From contig NW_025767508.1 of NCBI RefSeq assembly GCF_003918875.1, forward strand, positions 1 through 64,000: DNA of 64,000 nt, written 5' to 3'. This stretch comes from Haliotis rubra (taxonomy: Eukaryota). Positions 1 to 10,424 of the stretch are shown here, piece by piece. Below the pieces are notes generated by a model that worked only from the letters and a program-made list of their open reading frames with translations, had not been told where the DNA came from and made no database searches. The position numbers and the translations under genes were made by a program. Each line of letters begins with the position of its first letter. The stretch's first letter is position 1.

Positions 1-233
1 AAAATGTTCCGCTTTAGGCTGGCCCAGCTACAGCCAAGATCTAAACCCTATTGAGAATGTGTGGGGACTAATGAAGGACAGAATAAAACAAAAAGAACGT
101 ATTGAGGGTATGAAGAAAGAAATGGTCGAATATTGAGATACGATGTCACACGATTTACTGCAAACTTTAATTGGTTGTGTACCTAGGCAGATTCAGTCGT
201 GTATTACAGGGCAAGGAGGTCTCACAAAGTACC
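1..233 (+). mobile_element. Tc1-like transposase C-terminal remnant (degenerate, truncated by window start)
   Basis: Translates to WPSYSQDLNPIENVWGLMK...LIGCVPRQIQSCITGQGGLTKY, matching the Tc1 WPxxSPDLNPIENxW and terminal GGxTKY motifs; contains in-frame stops. Confidence 0.8.
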
Positions 234-428
234 GAAAAGACACTTGGACTGTAAAGAGAATCATATCTCAACATATTCATTTAACTAAAACTTCTATAGT
301 TTATATACATGTATTAGATATTTGCCAGAACCACTTTCTCTTTCTGGTAAGGCTCATCATTAGCTCAGGGCCCTTGGCCCTCTACACGCAGCCCAGACAG
401 CGAATGGGACTTCTCCCAGGAAACGCTT

Positions 429-596
429 AGTAGTATACACAAAGATTGTCCGAGACCAAGTCCAACAAAGCCTCTGTAAAGCTTTATTTCACAAATAAAG
501 CTTTGTCAGGGCCCTTAGATCTCGCCACCATTGTATATACTACTTTTGAACCCCAAGTTAACTTCCCGACCCCACGTGATACAATAGTGTCGCTAT
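429..596 (+). repeat. Polinton left terminal inverted repeat (outer part)
   Basis: Reverse complement of 11076-11244 with scattered mismatches and indels (e.g. aaagctttatttcacaaataaagcttt, cttagatctcgccaccattgtatatact). Confidence 0.95.
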
Positions 597-628
597 AGAA
601 TATACCTATAGAAAGATAGAAAGGTTTT

Positions 629-642
629 AAAAAGTAGTAAAA
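629..642 (-). terminator. Candidate Pol III terminator (TTTT then TTTTT)
   Basis: Minus strand reads CGGGGAC-A-TTTT-ACTAC-TTTTT directly after the 3' strand of the terminal stem. Confidence 0.55.
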
Positions 643-937
643 TGTCCCCGGCAGCCACAATTCCGCAAGGGTGAAATCGAAAGATGATGTTGCGCTTCTC
701 CCAAGGGGAATTGCGTCAGCTGCCTTTCTCTCGTCATGAGAGTGCCCCACTCAGCTAAGCCCTTTTCAGCGACCCAACTGATATGATCCTGATTCCTTAC
801 CGAAACACCTCACATCACACAAAGTTGTAAGGAATCTCCACTGAGGCAACTGGCGTGGATCTGAGAACCCACATGTATGGCTCGCGCAAACTATACATAA
901 TGGGCCGCACCACTCAACCCGATTGAGCTACGGGGAC
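643..937 (-). ncRNA. Candidate tRNA-scaffold / VA-RNA-like Pol III non-coding RNA (~295 nt) in the Polinton
   Basis: 5' GTCCCCG pairs with 3' CGGGGAC; TA then D-arm-like GCTCAATCGGGTTGAGT containing A box TAGCTCAATCGG (930-919); B-box-like GTGGGTTCTCAGATCCAC (872-855); several further helices; oligo-T terminator. Confidence 0.6.
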
Positions 938-988
938 TTAGCTGAATAATCTCAGTTTAACGGATCTATCCTGAGATTGCAAAGCTGG

Positions 989-1050
989 GACCGTGAACTA
1001 GCACTTTCCTGATCATGTGACTTGTCGTGTTGACCTCGAGGAAACAGTTT
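989..1050 (+). repeat. Inner segment of Polinton TIR (inverted partner of ~11020-11075)
   Basis: gaccgtgaactagcacttt...ttgacctcgaggaaacagttt is the reverse complement of aaactgtttcattgaggtcaa...aaagtgctagttcgcggtc. Confidence 0.85.
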
Positions 1051-1089
1051 AATGTGAATGAGCTGGTTACTGGATACTATTGGGATTAC

Positions 1090-2080
1090 TCAACAGTAAG
1101 TGTTAAATATTTTGCTTTGGGGTAACATTGTGCCGTACGGTATGACTAATAATTCCTCTCTGACGAAACCTCTCCCTGGCCCATCTCTCAAGTAGTACAA
1201 GTTCGGCTCGTCAGCTTTGATGTCCACTTTATCTATGTTGTAAGTTTTGACTGACCATATCGGATTGGTGGCTCGTTTCCGAGTGTCCCCTTCGTGTTCC
1301 CCGGCTGGTAGAGGTACCTCACAAAGGGCCCTATCGGTATCTGTTTCTCCTTCCCGCGTGATGGTGCAGCCGACTCTGCCACTATTGATTTTAGTTTGAT
1401 AGCGTCGGCTGGTTTCTTGCCGGTGAGGCGACGGGTGGTTTCTGGTGGTTGATGGCCGACACAACCTGAGGTAGCCGCACCACCCATTCAGTCGATTGTA
1501 TCCCCGGGTTGGCCATCTCTATCGATACTGATGCCCGAATAAAGCTCGGACAAAGTCCTATTGAATCTCTCAACTATGGCTTGGCTGCGATGAGCCCGGG
1601 CCGTGCGCCTGACCTTTGTATCGTGTTTGTCTAGCAGGTGTGACCACGGCACCCATGAACTCCCGCCTGGTGTCGACTTGCAGCTCTGTGGGCCACGTCA
1701 GTGGACTGCATTTGTACATGCGTTCGAATCCGCGGGCTACCTTGGCCGAGTCTTTTCGCAGTCAAGGGTTCAGCTTCCTTGTAGGGACTGGCCACGTCCA
1801 CGACAGTTAGGGCATACTTGTACCTCTTATCATGGGGTAGGAACAGAAGGTCGGCCTGGTGAACGCTATTGGATGCGCGGTAATACCGAACCTTCTTCGA
1901 GGCACGTAAGCGTGGTACTGGTAAATAGATCTGCCACAGGGCTTGTTTTTCAAGCCACGCTTTGGCCTCGTCCGGGGGTACTCGCGCCATTTTGGCCAGC
2001 TTATGTAATGCGCCAGCTCCTTTCCAGTACCCACGCGGGCTGTAGTAAATAGCCTCAAACTTTCTCTGGTTCCGTGACAT
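1090..2080 (-). pseudogene. Polinton retroviral-like (rve) integrase, frameshifted
   Basis: Fragments IYYSPRGYWKG...WLEKQALWQIYLP, VHQADLLFLPHDKRYKYALTVVDVAS, EWVVRLPQVVSAIN, RKRATNPIWS...YYLRDGPGRGFVREELLVIP spread across several frames. Confidence 0.9.
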
Positions 2081-2116
2081 CCTGACATATATACACCTAT
2101 GTTCTTGGTTCAATTT

Positions 2117-4550
2117 TCTCATGCCCGCATCATCGGCGTGCGTGTTGATCCCATCAATAGCTATCCAAGCTTTAGTGTCCATCGGCGACAGGGACGTCTT
2201 GTTTATAGTCAGTCCATATATCCTATGCCCATCACTTCTAAGCATGTTCATTTTTATGTCTGAAGGTGCGGGTCTTGAACAGGGCTTCCTTGAATCTGGC
2301 GTGTTTGTAGTGTTGTTTAACCACGTGCTTCTTAACACCCTTTCGCCTTCGGATCTCACCATTGTCGGCCTTCAGGATGGAGTACATCTTGGGTCTCAAG
2401 CCTATGTACTCAGCTATGGCCGTGCCAACACACTCGTCCTTCCTCTTACCGAGGACCTTTTTATTTACCGCTGTGTATGGCATGGTCCTTGGGGTAGTCG
2501 CTGACATCATTACATAAATCGAGGCGTTTCTTCATGTCCTCGTACACGTCCTCGGTTCGAATCTCCATCAGCAGGAAATCCGTGTCTGTGTACAGCACTT
2601 CGCACCTGTCGCCGTACTGTTTCTTCAGTTCGTTGTAGTAAAAGTGGTACATCAGGTGTTTGGATAAATCGAGGATGCTCATCCCCACGTGAAAATAGGC
2701 GGTTGAATTTGATGTGGCTTTTCTTCATGTGTAGGGCAACCAGGTCGTCGGTGAATATCTTGCTCGGTTGAATGCGGGCTGGCTATCAGTTTCCTGAGCT
2801 TGTCTTCCTCTTTCGACCCAACCAGCTTCACGGTCACGCATTTCCTCAGGTTCTCCATAGTCTTACCGAACACCGAGTTGTTCATGAGCTTGTAGAGGTT
2901 TTTCTCAAAGTCACTGGTGGCCAGCTTTCGCAGGTCCGTGTTCATTCTGATGTAGGGCTCCATCCAGGGTCTCCGTCGATCACGAGCACCCTGTGTATTT
3001 TGGTCAGCCTCATACCCAACGACAGGTACAGCTGTAGGGTTTCGATAGTGAACGATGTGCTTGGTCGTATTCATTAAGTTGGGCACGAGTTTTCAACGTC
3101 TGCCACCCGCCCACCCAGCAAGTTATGTTGGTACTCGGACATCCAGTCTGGGTTAACCCTCAAACGTTCGGGGGCCAGGGGGTAGCTGTTGTGCGATGTG
3201 TGTAATGCCTTGGGGTATTCCAAGTCCACCTCGAGGATATAGCCTTTGTTCGAATCCGGCGCGATGCTCATAACATCGATCTCGGGTGATGCCCATTCGA
3301 ATCCCCCTGTGGGTAGATACTGGCTCATGGCCCAGCCGTACAGGTTGTTGGCGTGTTGGGTTGATTCGGGTTATAACCCTTCACGTATTGATTATTGGCT
3401 TTTGTGTAGCGTTTAGAGGCCATGGAAATCCCACCTCGCAAGCCTTTCTCAATGAATAGGTGCATGTCGTAATCGGTGAGCAATTCCAACTTAACTCCTG
3501 TCTTTTTCAGCAACAGACCTGGGCTGGTGTAGTACCATGCGGGTCGAGTTGATACTGCTTAAAACACGTCCTCCTAAACGTCTCAAACACGTCGGCTAGC
3601 AGGAGTACATCTGTCCTCAAGTACAGGTCGTGGTAGTCACCCAGATTCTTACAGCCCACTTTATTCCATACGTTAATCGCGTGCGAGTAATCGTCTTGGG
3701 TGATTGTCGAGTCGGTCAGGTTGCTGTAAAATCGGTTGATGGGGGGTAGTCGGGTCTCTGCGAACTTGGCCCAGCCATCCATGTACTCGTAGGGGTACAC
3801 ACCCTTCCTCATCAGCAGGGGTCGAGTCTCGGCGTCGGTGTATCGATCGGTGATGGGGAAGGTATCGTTCAGCCTTGACCAGACTGTTGAGTGACGACAG
3901 GAGGAACTGAACCGAGTAGATGAACCTCAGGCCATTCAAGCTGAAGGAGATGTATCTCTCCTTGTTGTTGGGGATGCACGTCAGGTTGCCGTGGACTTTC
4001 ACGATGGCCTGCATGATCAAGTGAGAGTCGTATCCTCTCAAGTTGTGGAAGACCACGAGGGGATGTTTATTGTCTTGGGGTTGATTCTGAGCTTGAGGTT
4101 ACACATGCTGTGAGCGGCCTCTATACTTACGGTGGCGGCAGTGATCTCTCAACGAATCGCCATTCAGCGGTTTATCACATACATGACAGTGAGTGCTGCA
4201 GCGGTGAGATAGCCGGTCGGCTTTGAGTCATACGCATGGGAGCGACTGTATACAGCCCATTCCTGATAGTTTTCTCTTCCTCCTTCAAACACTTTAGAAA
4301 CTTTTCAGCCGCGTCGGGTCCCCTGTACACTACGGAGCTTTCGTTTCCCATCACATCGACGACCACGTATCCAAACCCACAGGCCTCGTGCTCCTGTGTT
4401 TTTGTGTGTTGGGGGTACCCCAGCATCAACAGGTTTGTGAAGGCTTCGGGTTGGCGTAGATGATGTAAGGCACGGGCATCTGATTCTTGTGGTTGTCGAA
4501 TTTTAAGATATTGTCGGCTTCCTTAGGCATGTCGACTCAGTAAATGGCTT
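2117..4550 (-). pseudogene. Protein-primed family B DNA polymerase (pPolB) with endonuclease VII-like insert; N-terminus missing
   Basis: MPVPYIIYA; RDHC..GKYRAAHSMCNL (EndoVII-like); VFHNLRGYDSH; RKGVYPYEYMD; ANNLYGWAMSQ (motif A); KLMNNSVFGK (motif B); YTDTD (motif C); GLRPKMYS; many frameshifts. Confidence 0.95.
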
Positions 4551-4563
4551 GCCGCCAGGCAAA

Positions 4564-5738
4564 TCAATAGATGGCTTGCACGAATCTCCCATTCTCTATA
4601 TTAAGTTGCACGTCCATAATCACATTACAGATATAATTTCCATTTGCCTGCGGGTTGAGCCTTCTTGGTAATCTGGATTGTTATCCCTCGCTGCCGTTGT
4701 CGATGCGGCAACTGCTGCCGCAGGTAATTTATCGTCATCCATGGATCGCATGTCCAACAATAGCCGTACTTGGTGGTCAGGTATTCACCCGATCTGCACG
4801 GGCGATAGGTCCAGGTCCTTGTGGACGTGTTGGTGCCAGGTCGGTAGCTGAACAACTGGTTGGGCATGCCCTCGATGGTCACTTCCACCTTTTCAATCTC
4901 GGGGTTGAAAACTTCAAGCCTATCCCATCGAACGGCTCGTAATCCCTCACGGGATGATCAGGGATATCTTTCATCGATCGTGCCGGCACCTTCTTGTCCC
5001 GATTGATCGCTCTATGCCTCAGGACCCCTATCGTACAGGATGGCCACCTTCCCCGAGTAACTGGTTTTGAACCTGCCTTGGCCAGCTCCGGGCTGAAGTG
5101 ACCATGTCGAACTCCAGATCGATGTTGGCTTCATCACAGTTTGGCGTATGACGCACGACTTTGCTGTAGTCGTATTGAACGTGAGCTCGTGATTCAAGCC
5201 TATCACCCAGCTGCCTAGTAAAATGGCGCGTGTCCGTCAACAACTTCGAAGTCGGCGCACGCAGAACCTGTTCCATGACGCTTTGGGCGATGGCCTTTTC
5301 ACCCTCTGAGATCTTGTCTAGCTGGTCTTGCGTGGAAGCCTTTACCCCACACGCAACCGGGTCGATTTGTTTATACCTTGGTACACGTCATTGACGCGTT
5401 CTCCCTCGCTTTTCAAGAGGTCCCCATAGCAGTGAAAGACGCCGCTGTTGTCGATGCTCAGCACCTCGTTACGCTGATCTTGATGGTGGTTTTCTTGATG
5501 ATGGCCCGACCTATGTTCCGCACTAGCTCGCGTTTGTCGTTGTCGGAGGGTCAACGTGAGGTTGAACGTCAGTCGAACCGTGCCTGGTACGATGAGGTCA
5601 TTCTCACCCAGGTTTGGGAATCTAACCAGCAGCTTTTGGTTCTGTTCTATCTTGCTGGGATTGTGCGACTGGCGCACGGCTCTGACGCCTAGAGGCTTTC
5701 TTTGATCTTCTGAAAGGATCTAGTTTCCTACCATACAT
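4564..5738 (-). pseudogene. Polinton major capsid protein (double jelly roll), frameshifted
   Basis: Starts MYGRKLDPFRR, continues NPSKIEQNQKLLVRFPNLGENDLIVPGTVRL and EVTIEGMPNQLFS, ends GITIQITKKA...VIMDVQLNIENGRFVQAIY*; pattern recognised from Polinton MCPs. Confidence 0.85.
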
Positions 5739-5775
5739 TGTTATATAGATAAAATATAAAAGTTTAATATAAATA
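5739..5775. promoter_or_regulatory. Short AT-rich divergent intergenic region (putative bidirectional promoter)
   Basis: 37 bp, almost only A/T, between the ATG of MCP (-) and the ATG at 5776 (+). Confidence 0.5.
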
Positions 5776-6950
5776 ATGGCTGACGACATCGAAATGGATG
5801 ATTTTGACGCTGGTGCGTCCGTTGAAGTGGATTCCGGTGAAGACACCTCATTCATGGGCGGCACCTTGAGCGTAACTTTTAAAAACAACCGTCAACGACA
5901 TTACAAGGGGTTAACACAGGATAAAAATTACGTCAAGCCGTGGGGAATAGAGTATTCCAAGTTTACGATCGATCGATGACAAAAGGGCACGCTGCTATTG
6001 AAAGCTCATCCGGAGATCGATCTAAGTGAATAAAGCGACGCGAAAACCGCTCGCTTTGTCTACTCTCACGGTCGCCATGGTACTGACTTTATCCGTGATA
6101 GATTAAACATCGCGAGTTCACGGTGGCGCCACGACTAAGCTTCCCGAAGGTCGTCCAAGATTTGCAAAACATCATGGCGAACTCAGCGGTGAAGGTGATA
6201 TACCCCAACGTGCTAAAGAAACATCAGACATCAAAAAAAATATTGACCATGTACCATGATAAACCCTTGCCGGTTTTGAATTTCCCCTGAGGGAACTGTA
6301 GGGTCTAGACAAAGCCTTGAAGCGCGTAATGCAGCGGAGAACTCGCGTGAACAACATGGGAAACTGAACAAAGTCGACAAGCACATCGCTCGCGATAAAA
6401 TAAAACTCACCGAAGCGGAGGACGATGATATGAAACGTCGTATCGAGGGAGAGAATAAAAACTTGGAAGACGATAGATGGACTCGGTTTGGAATCCGCTT
6501 CCTCGAACTGGAAGCCCTCTGATCCCAGATCAGTCGTGTACGGGAACCATCGATCGATTCCTAAATGAGGGGACACCACACTATCTGACAGGATCCGAAT
6601 CCTCTTCTGAGAGCAAAGGGATCAACATCGCCAGCATTCTGACGGCATTGGGCTTCATCATATCAACCCCTGGTGATGCGCTGCTGCGCCACCGGCTGCC
6701 CTCGACGGTGGTACACCAGGTGGTACACCCACTGGTGTCGTCAGAGACTGGATAAAAACACCTGAAATCCCTCTGGGAGGCCCTGGCTAAAATCGCTGGT
6801 AAGGCGCCGAAGCCCTGCCCGGCATCCTGGGTAGCATCGTCTCGTGGCTGCTCAGCATGCTGGCTAAAACTGTCACGTGGCTTGGTCAAAACCTGTTGGC
6901 AGCCATCGTCGTAAAGCTATGACGGGTCCTGTACATAGTGGCTAAGGAAA
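5776..6950 (+). pseudogene. Polinton coiled-coil protein with C-terminal hydrophobic helices, frameshifted; end approximate
   Basis: MADDIEMDDF... then FPLRELYGLDKAL, QISRVRETIDRFL, GINIASILTALGFIIST, LPGILGSIVSWLLSMLAKTVTWLGQNL across frames. Confidence 0.65.
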
Positions 6951-8148
6951 TTTTTAAACAAATAAGCCCCCACCCGACTGCGACGACCCGCCAACCACCA
7001 GCGCTGTTTTCACGGTCGATGTGCTGCTGATTGGACGCCTGCACGTTAGGGGTTGGGGTTGTGGGGGTGTTGGTTGAACCCCTGGGCTCTGGGGGTGGTA
7101 CAACTATGGCCGTTTCACCCGTGGGAGGTGGGACATGACTCACGTTGATGCCTACATTGACGCACCCAACTTCTGGTCGGCCGTGGCTATAACTATTTCG
7201 TTGTTGTAACCAACCACCTTTTACTCTCGATTGCATATCGGCTCCAGAGCCATTTACAATCCCACGTCGAAGACGTAGTCGACTTTCGACCGGCGTATTC
7301 CAACAAGTCTTGGTAGCGTCGGATAGCACTCGGGAGATCAACTGGAGCATTGATAGCATCCCTCGGCGTTGGACCAGCGAACTGTTTCTGCAGCGCCCTG
7401 GACAGTCCCCTTACCGATAATACTGGGCAGCGTTTCCGCCTGTGCACCTAACAGCGCCCACACGCACGTTCGAATCGAGTCGTTCAAGCGTTCGGTGCCA
7501 GCACGAGTAAACCCTTTCGACGTCCAGCATGAACATTTTTCAATCGTCCACGGGCCCCTGCTCGAACCTCCAGACTTCGGTCATCCTTGCTGGTGTCGAA
7601 AGCCATGTAACAGTCATCCCACTCGTTTGTTGTGATATGATACGATTTGTAACACAAATCTTTCACCAGCTGTTTGCTGACTTACGCGATGTGTTTATTG
7701 TGAGTGATGGGGATACTCCAACCCATATGGTTCGAGCCCGGCAAACGCCAATCCGTCTTCAGGTCTGTTTGAATTCATTGCAAACGCGTTCATAGGCCCG
7801 TTTATCATACTGGTTCTTTACTGCGTCCCATGCTTTGTCCTGTGGGATTGGAGCACTGATCTCTTTGAGGATACACCTGACCTGGTAGTACACGCCGAAG
7901 TGTCGGTTAATGTCAAGCCACACCCGATGTGAAGCGCACCACAAGGCGAAGTTGAGTTGATTCTGTCAGAACTGCATCAGGTTGTTGAACCAAGCATGGA
8001 CTACCTTAGCACTAGTCACCGAAAACCTATACCTGGCAAATACATCTATAAACTGGGCGCCGAAATACAACCCAGAAGCATCAACCACAATCTTCATGTG
8101 TGGGAAATCTATGTCCAGTTTAGGGTAAAACACTCCTGGCTTGTACAT
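6950..8148 (-). pseudogene. Conserved Polinton hypothetical protein, frameshifted; end approximate
   Basis: MYKPGVFYPKL..., QNQLNFALWCAS, FGVYYQVRCILKEISAPIPQDKAW, GFTRAGTERLNDSIRT, DAINAPVDLPSAIRRYQDLLEYA; Pro/Thr-rich and hydrophobic end. Confidence 0.65.
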
Positions 8149-8164
8149 TTTAAAATTATATATA

Positions 8165-8798
8165 ATGGGTATATATACTCATACATAGAGTAACACTTCC
8201 AGGAATAACGAGCGGAGAGTCCGTTCAGTTGATACACGCAATCGATAACACGTCGGGCCAACTCGAAGTCGCACTCCTGCGATATCAACAACAACAAGCT
8301 GTTCGTCAGTGGCACCCGCAACCAGATAACTGACGTCTACTACAGTGTGTACTAAGTGACGAAGTCTTCAAACCCTTAGGAGCCGAACTCAAGATGAACG
8401 ACGCAAACGGAACAGTGGTGTTAATCAACAATGGAATAACCCTCTTGATGCTCGGCCGACCATTGGCGAGGACACTCGGGATGTCGCCAGACGAGATAAA
8501 ACCAACAACTACCGTCACAGGCACGAAGTTACCCGACCTGGTACCGTACCGAGAGCTGTGCATTCATCTCGGTCAGTTGAGCATAACGGACATTCAAGGT
8601 GGCCACCCTTCCACGATACTGAGAGCTTTATCGGTGAAAACGGAGAAATACAACGACGGTAGAACCGAGTCGTTTTCGCCGCGTCAGTATAAGAGGTTAA
8701 CTCGGGGCAAAATCCCTGAGTTGATAATATCAGTGTTAGATATAAAGCATAATCCTGTGAATATTGGATACCTCAGCATAACGCTTCATCTAAAATGA
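8165..8798 (+). pseudogene. Putative minor capsid (penton, single jelly roll) protein
   Basis: N-terminal VTLPGITSGESVQLIHAIDNTSGQLEVAL, then ORF 8394-8798 ELCIHLGQL...GHPSTILRAL...FSPRQYKRLTRGKIPELIISVLD...ITLHLK; beta-rich, Polinton mCP-like. Confidence 0.65.
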
Positions 8799-9650
8799 CC
8801 AAGCACAAGGCCTCGGGATGAAGTGGAAAAAAATGCGTCAATGCGGGGGATCTCCGACCTCGGGGACACACGCAGATTCGACGACCCCGGAGTAGATGGT
8901 AAACTGTACGCCTTGCAACTGAAAAACAACATTTACAAACGCGTTGAAGTCCCCTCCATCGGTGGAACCCTAGGTGATATAGTAGATGTCTCAGGAGTAG
9001 CCCTCAACACTTTCGGTTCGACCTAGTCCGCGATCGGTGATGATAGATGGGCGGTATCCCAATCGTTGGGAGGAGGCAAACTGTTCGACTGTTGATGGCA
9101 CGACTGTCGCCCGAAACAAGCCATATACGCTCGTTGTTACCCTCTCACGATTGGTTTCTCAACATTAGTCTAGGGCTCCCTACGTGTTCACGGAGAACAA
9201 AGACAACTACCTAAACAAAGTCGTGAACAACGGAACCCTGCTCGTGGCTTACGTCCCGGCTCAGAGACGTAAAGCGTAATCATCAGCCCTGTCGCCAGTA
9301 TGGCAGCCCACATGCTATCGAGTAAACCGGGAGTGCAAGGCTGGGCATTGCAGTTGGTGTCTGAATTCGCATGGCGTGGTCAACATCCTGGCGAGCCTAC
9401 CGGCTAACTCCACGCTGATCATCAAAGTCTACCTAGTGGAACCATCGCTGGATGAAGTCAGAAATCGTGAAGGGGATCAAACTCCGTGGGTGAAACGGCA
9501 CCAGTATTAGGGTTTGCACTGTTTACATGCGGGTGGGTGTCGACTCCCACACCAGTCTGCAGGGGTCACCGTGACCGTGGAAGACATGATATCACTCACC
9601 AAGATCTTCCTACCGACAACATACTAGTACTTCCATGGGGGTAGTGCACC
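8795..9650 (+). pseudogene. Fibre-like protein 1 (degenerate); end approximate
   Basis: ISDLGDTRRFDDPGVDGKLYALQL followed by LGDIVDVSGVALNTFGSTLV..DDRW; overlaps the penton stop codon. Confidence 0.4.
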
Positions 9651-9704
9651 CCTGAGAAATTATCAGAAAACAATTGGAAACTATCTCGTAATAGTATTAT
9701 AGCA

Positions 9705-10399
9705 ATGCCCAATCGTCATCGGCCCAGCGCCACACTTAACGATCTAGGAGACACGGAGGGATTCGATCTGCCTGGTGAGGAAGGTGGTTCATATGTCCTG
9801 CTCTTCAGAGACGGCGTGTACATCATGGCAGCCTCTGGCAGACTTCAGAAGAACCCGCATGGGTTGATCAACATTGCCCTTACCGCGACCTTATACATCT
9901 CTAAGAGACAAAATGGGTTTGTCTCGAAATTAGGAACAACTTTCTCTTGCTCAGGGTTTTCATTCCGGGTCTATTGCATATGTCAAGATAGGCACTGATC
10001 ACCTATACAACACGTTAGTTTCAGTAGGAAAAATAAATTAAGGTTTGTCGCCCCCAATGCCCAATTGGGGCTTGTGGATATATACCCACGCCCACACTCA
10101 TCATAGAAGTCCTCTTTTTGAAGATAGCCCCGGATAGTTCACCAGTACCACTTTTTACCCAGGGTGGCAATATACTGGCTACGCGAACACATATACCAAC
10201 TTTGCAAATTATCTTCGCCCACAACCCGGATGCCTTAACGGATCCTATAGACCCTTTAGTAAGCCTCCGTGGGGTTTATGTTAGAGCAGAGGTACCTAAT
10301 AGCCTCTCACCTATTACCCAGCCTGATGGCCTGGACCTTGTAAGCTTCAAATACACTACACAAGATTTAAATAGCACACAATTAGAAAATATCTCATAA
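9705..10399 (+). pseudogene. Fibre-like protein 2 (paralogue of 1, degenerate)
   Basis: LNDLGDTEGFDLPGEEGGSYVLLFRDGVY aligns with the N-terminus of the 8823 ORF; beta-rich remainder in fragments. Confidence 0.4.
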
Positions 10400-10424
10400 A
10401 ATATATTATATATACACACACAGG

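Noticed and set aside
778-806. Hammerhead ribozyme (CTGATATG...CGAAAC)
   Set aside because: No stem II between the boxes; the intervening bases pair with 827-836 instead.
855-937. Canonical tRNA gene in the Polinton
   Set aside because: No convincing anticodon arm, and the acceptor partner is ~290 nt away rather than next to the T arm; reported as a tRNA-like ncRNA instead.
1631-2362. Apparent pPolB-integrase fusion ORF
   Set aside because: The polymerase end is eroded and the region is full of indels; the in-frame join is most simply decay or error.
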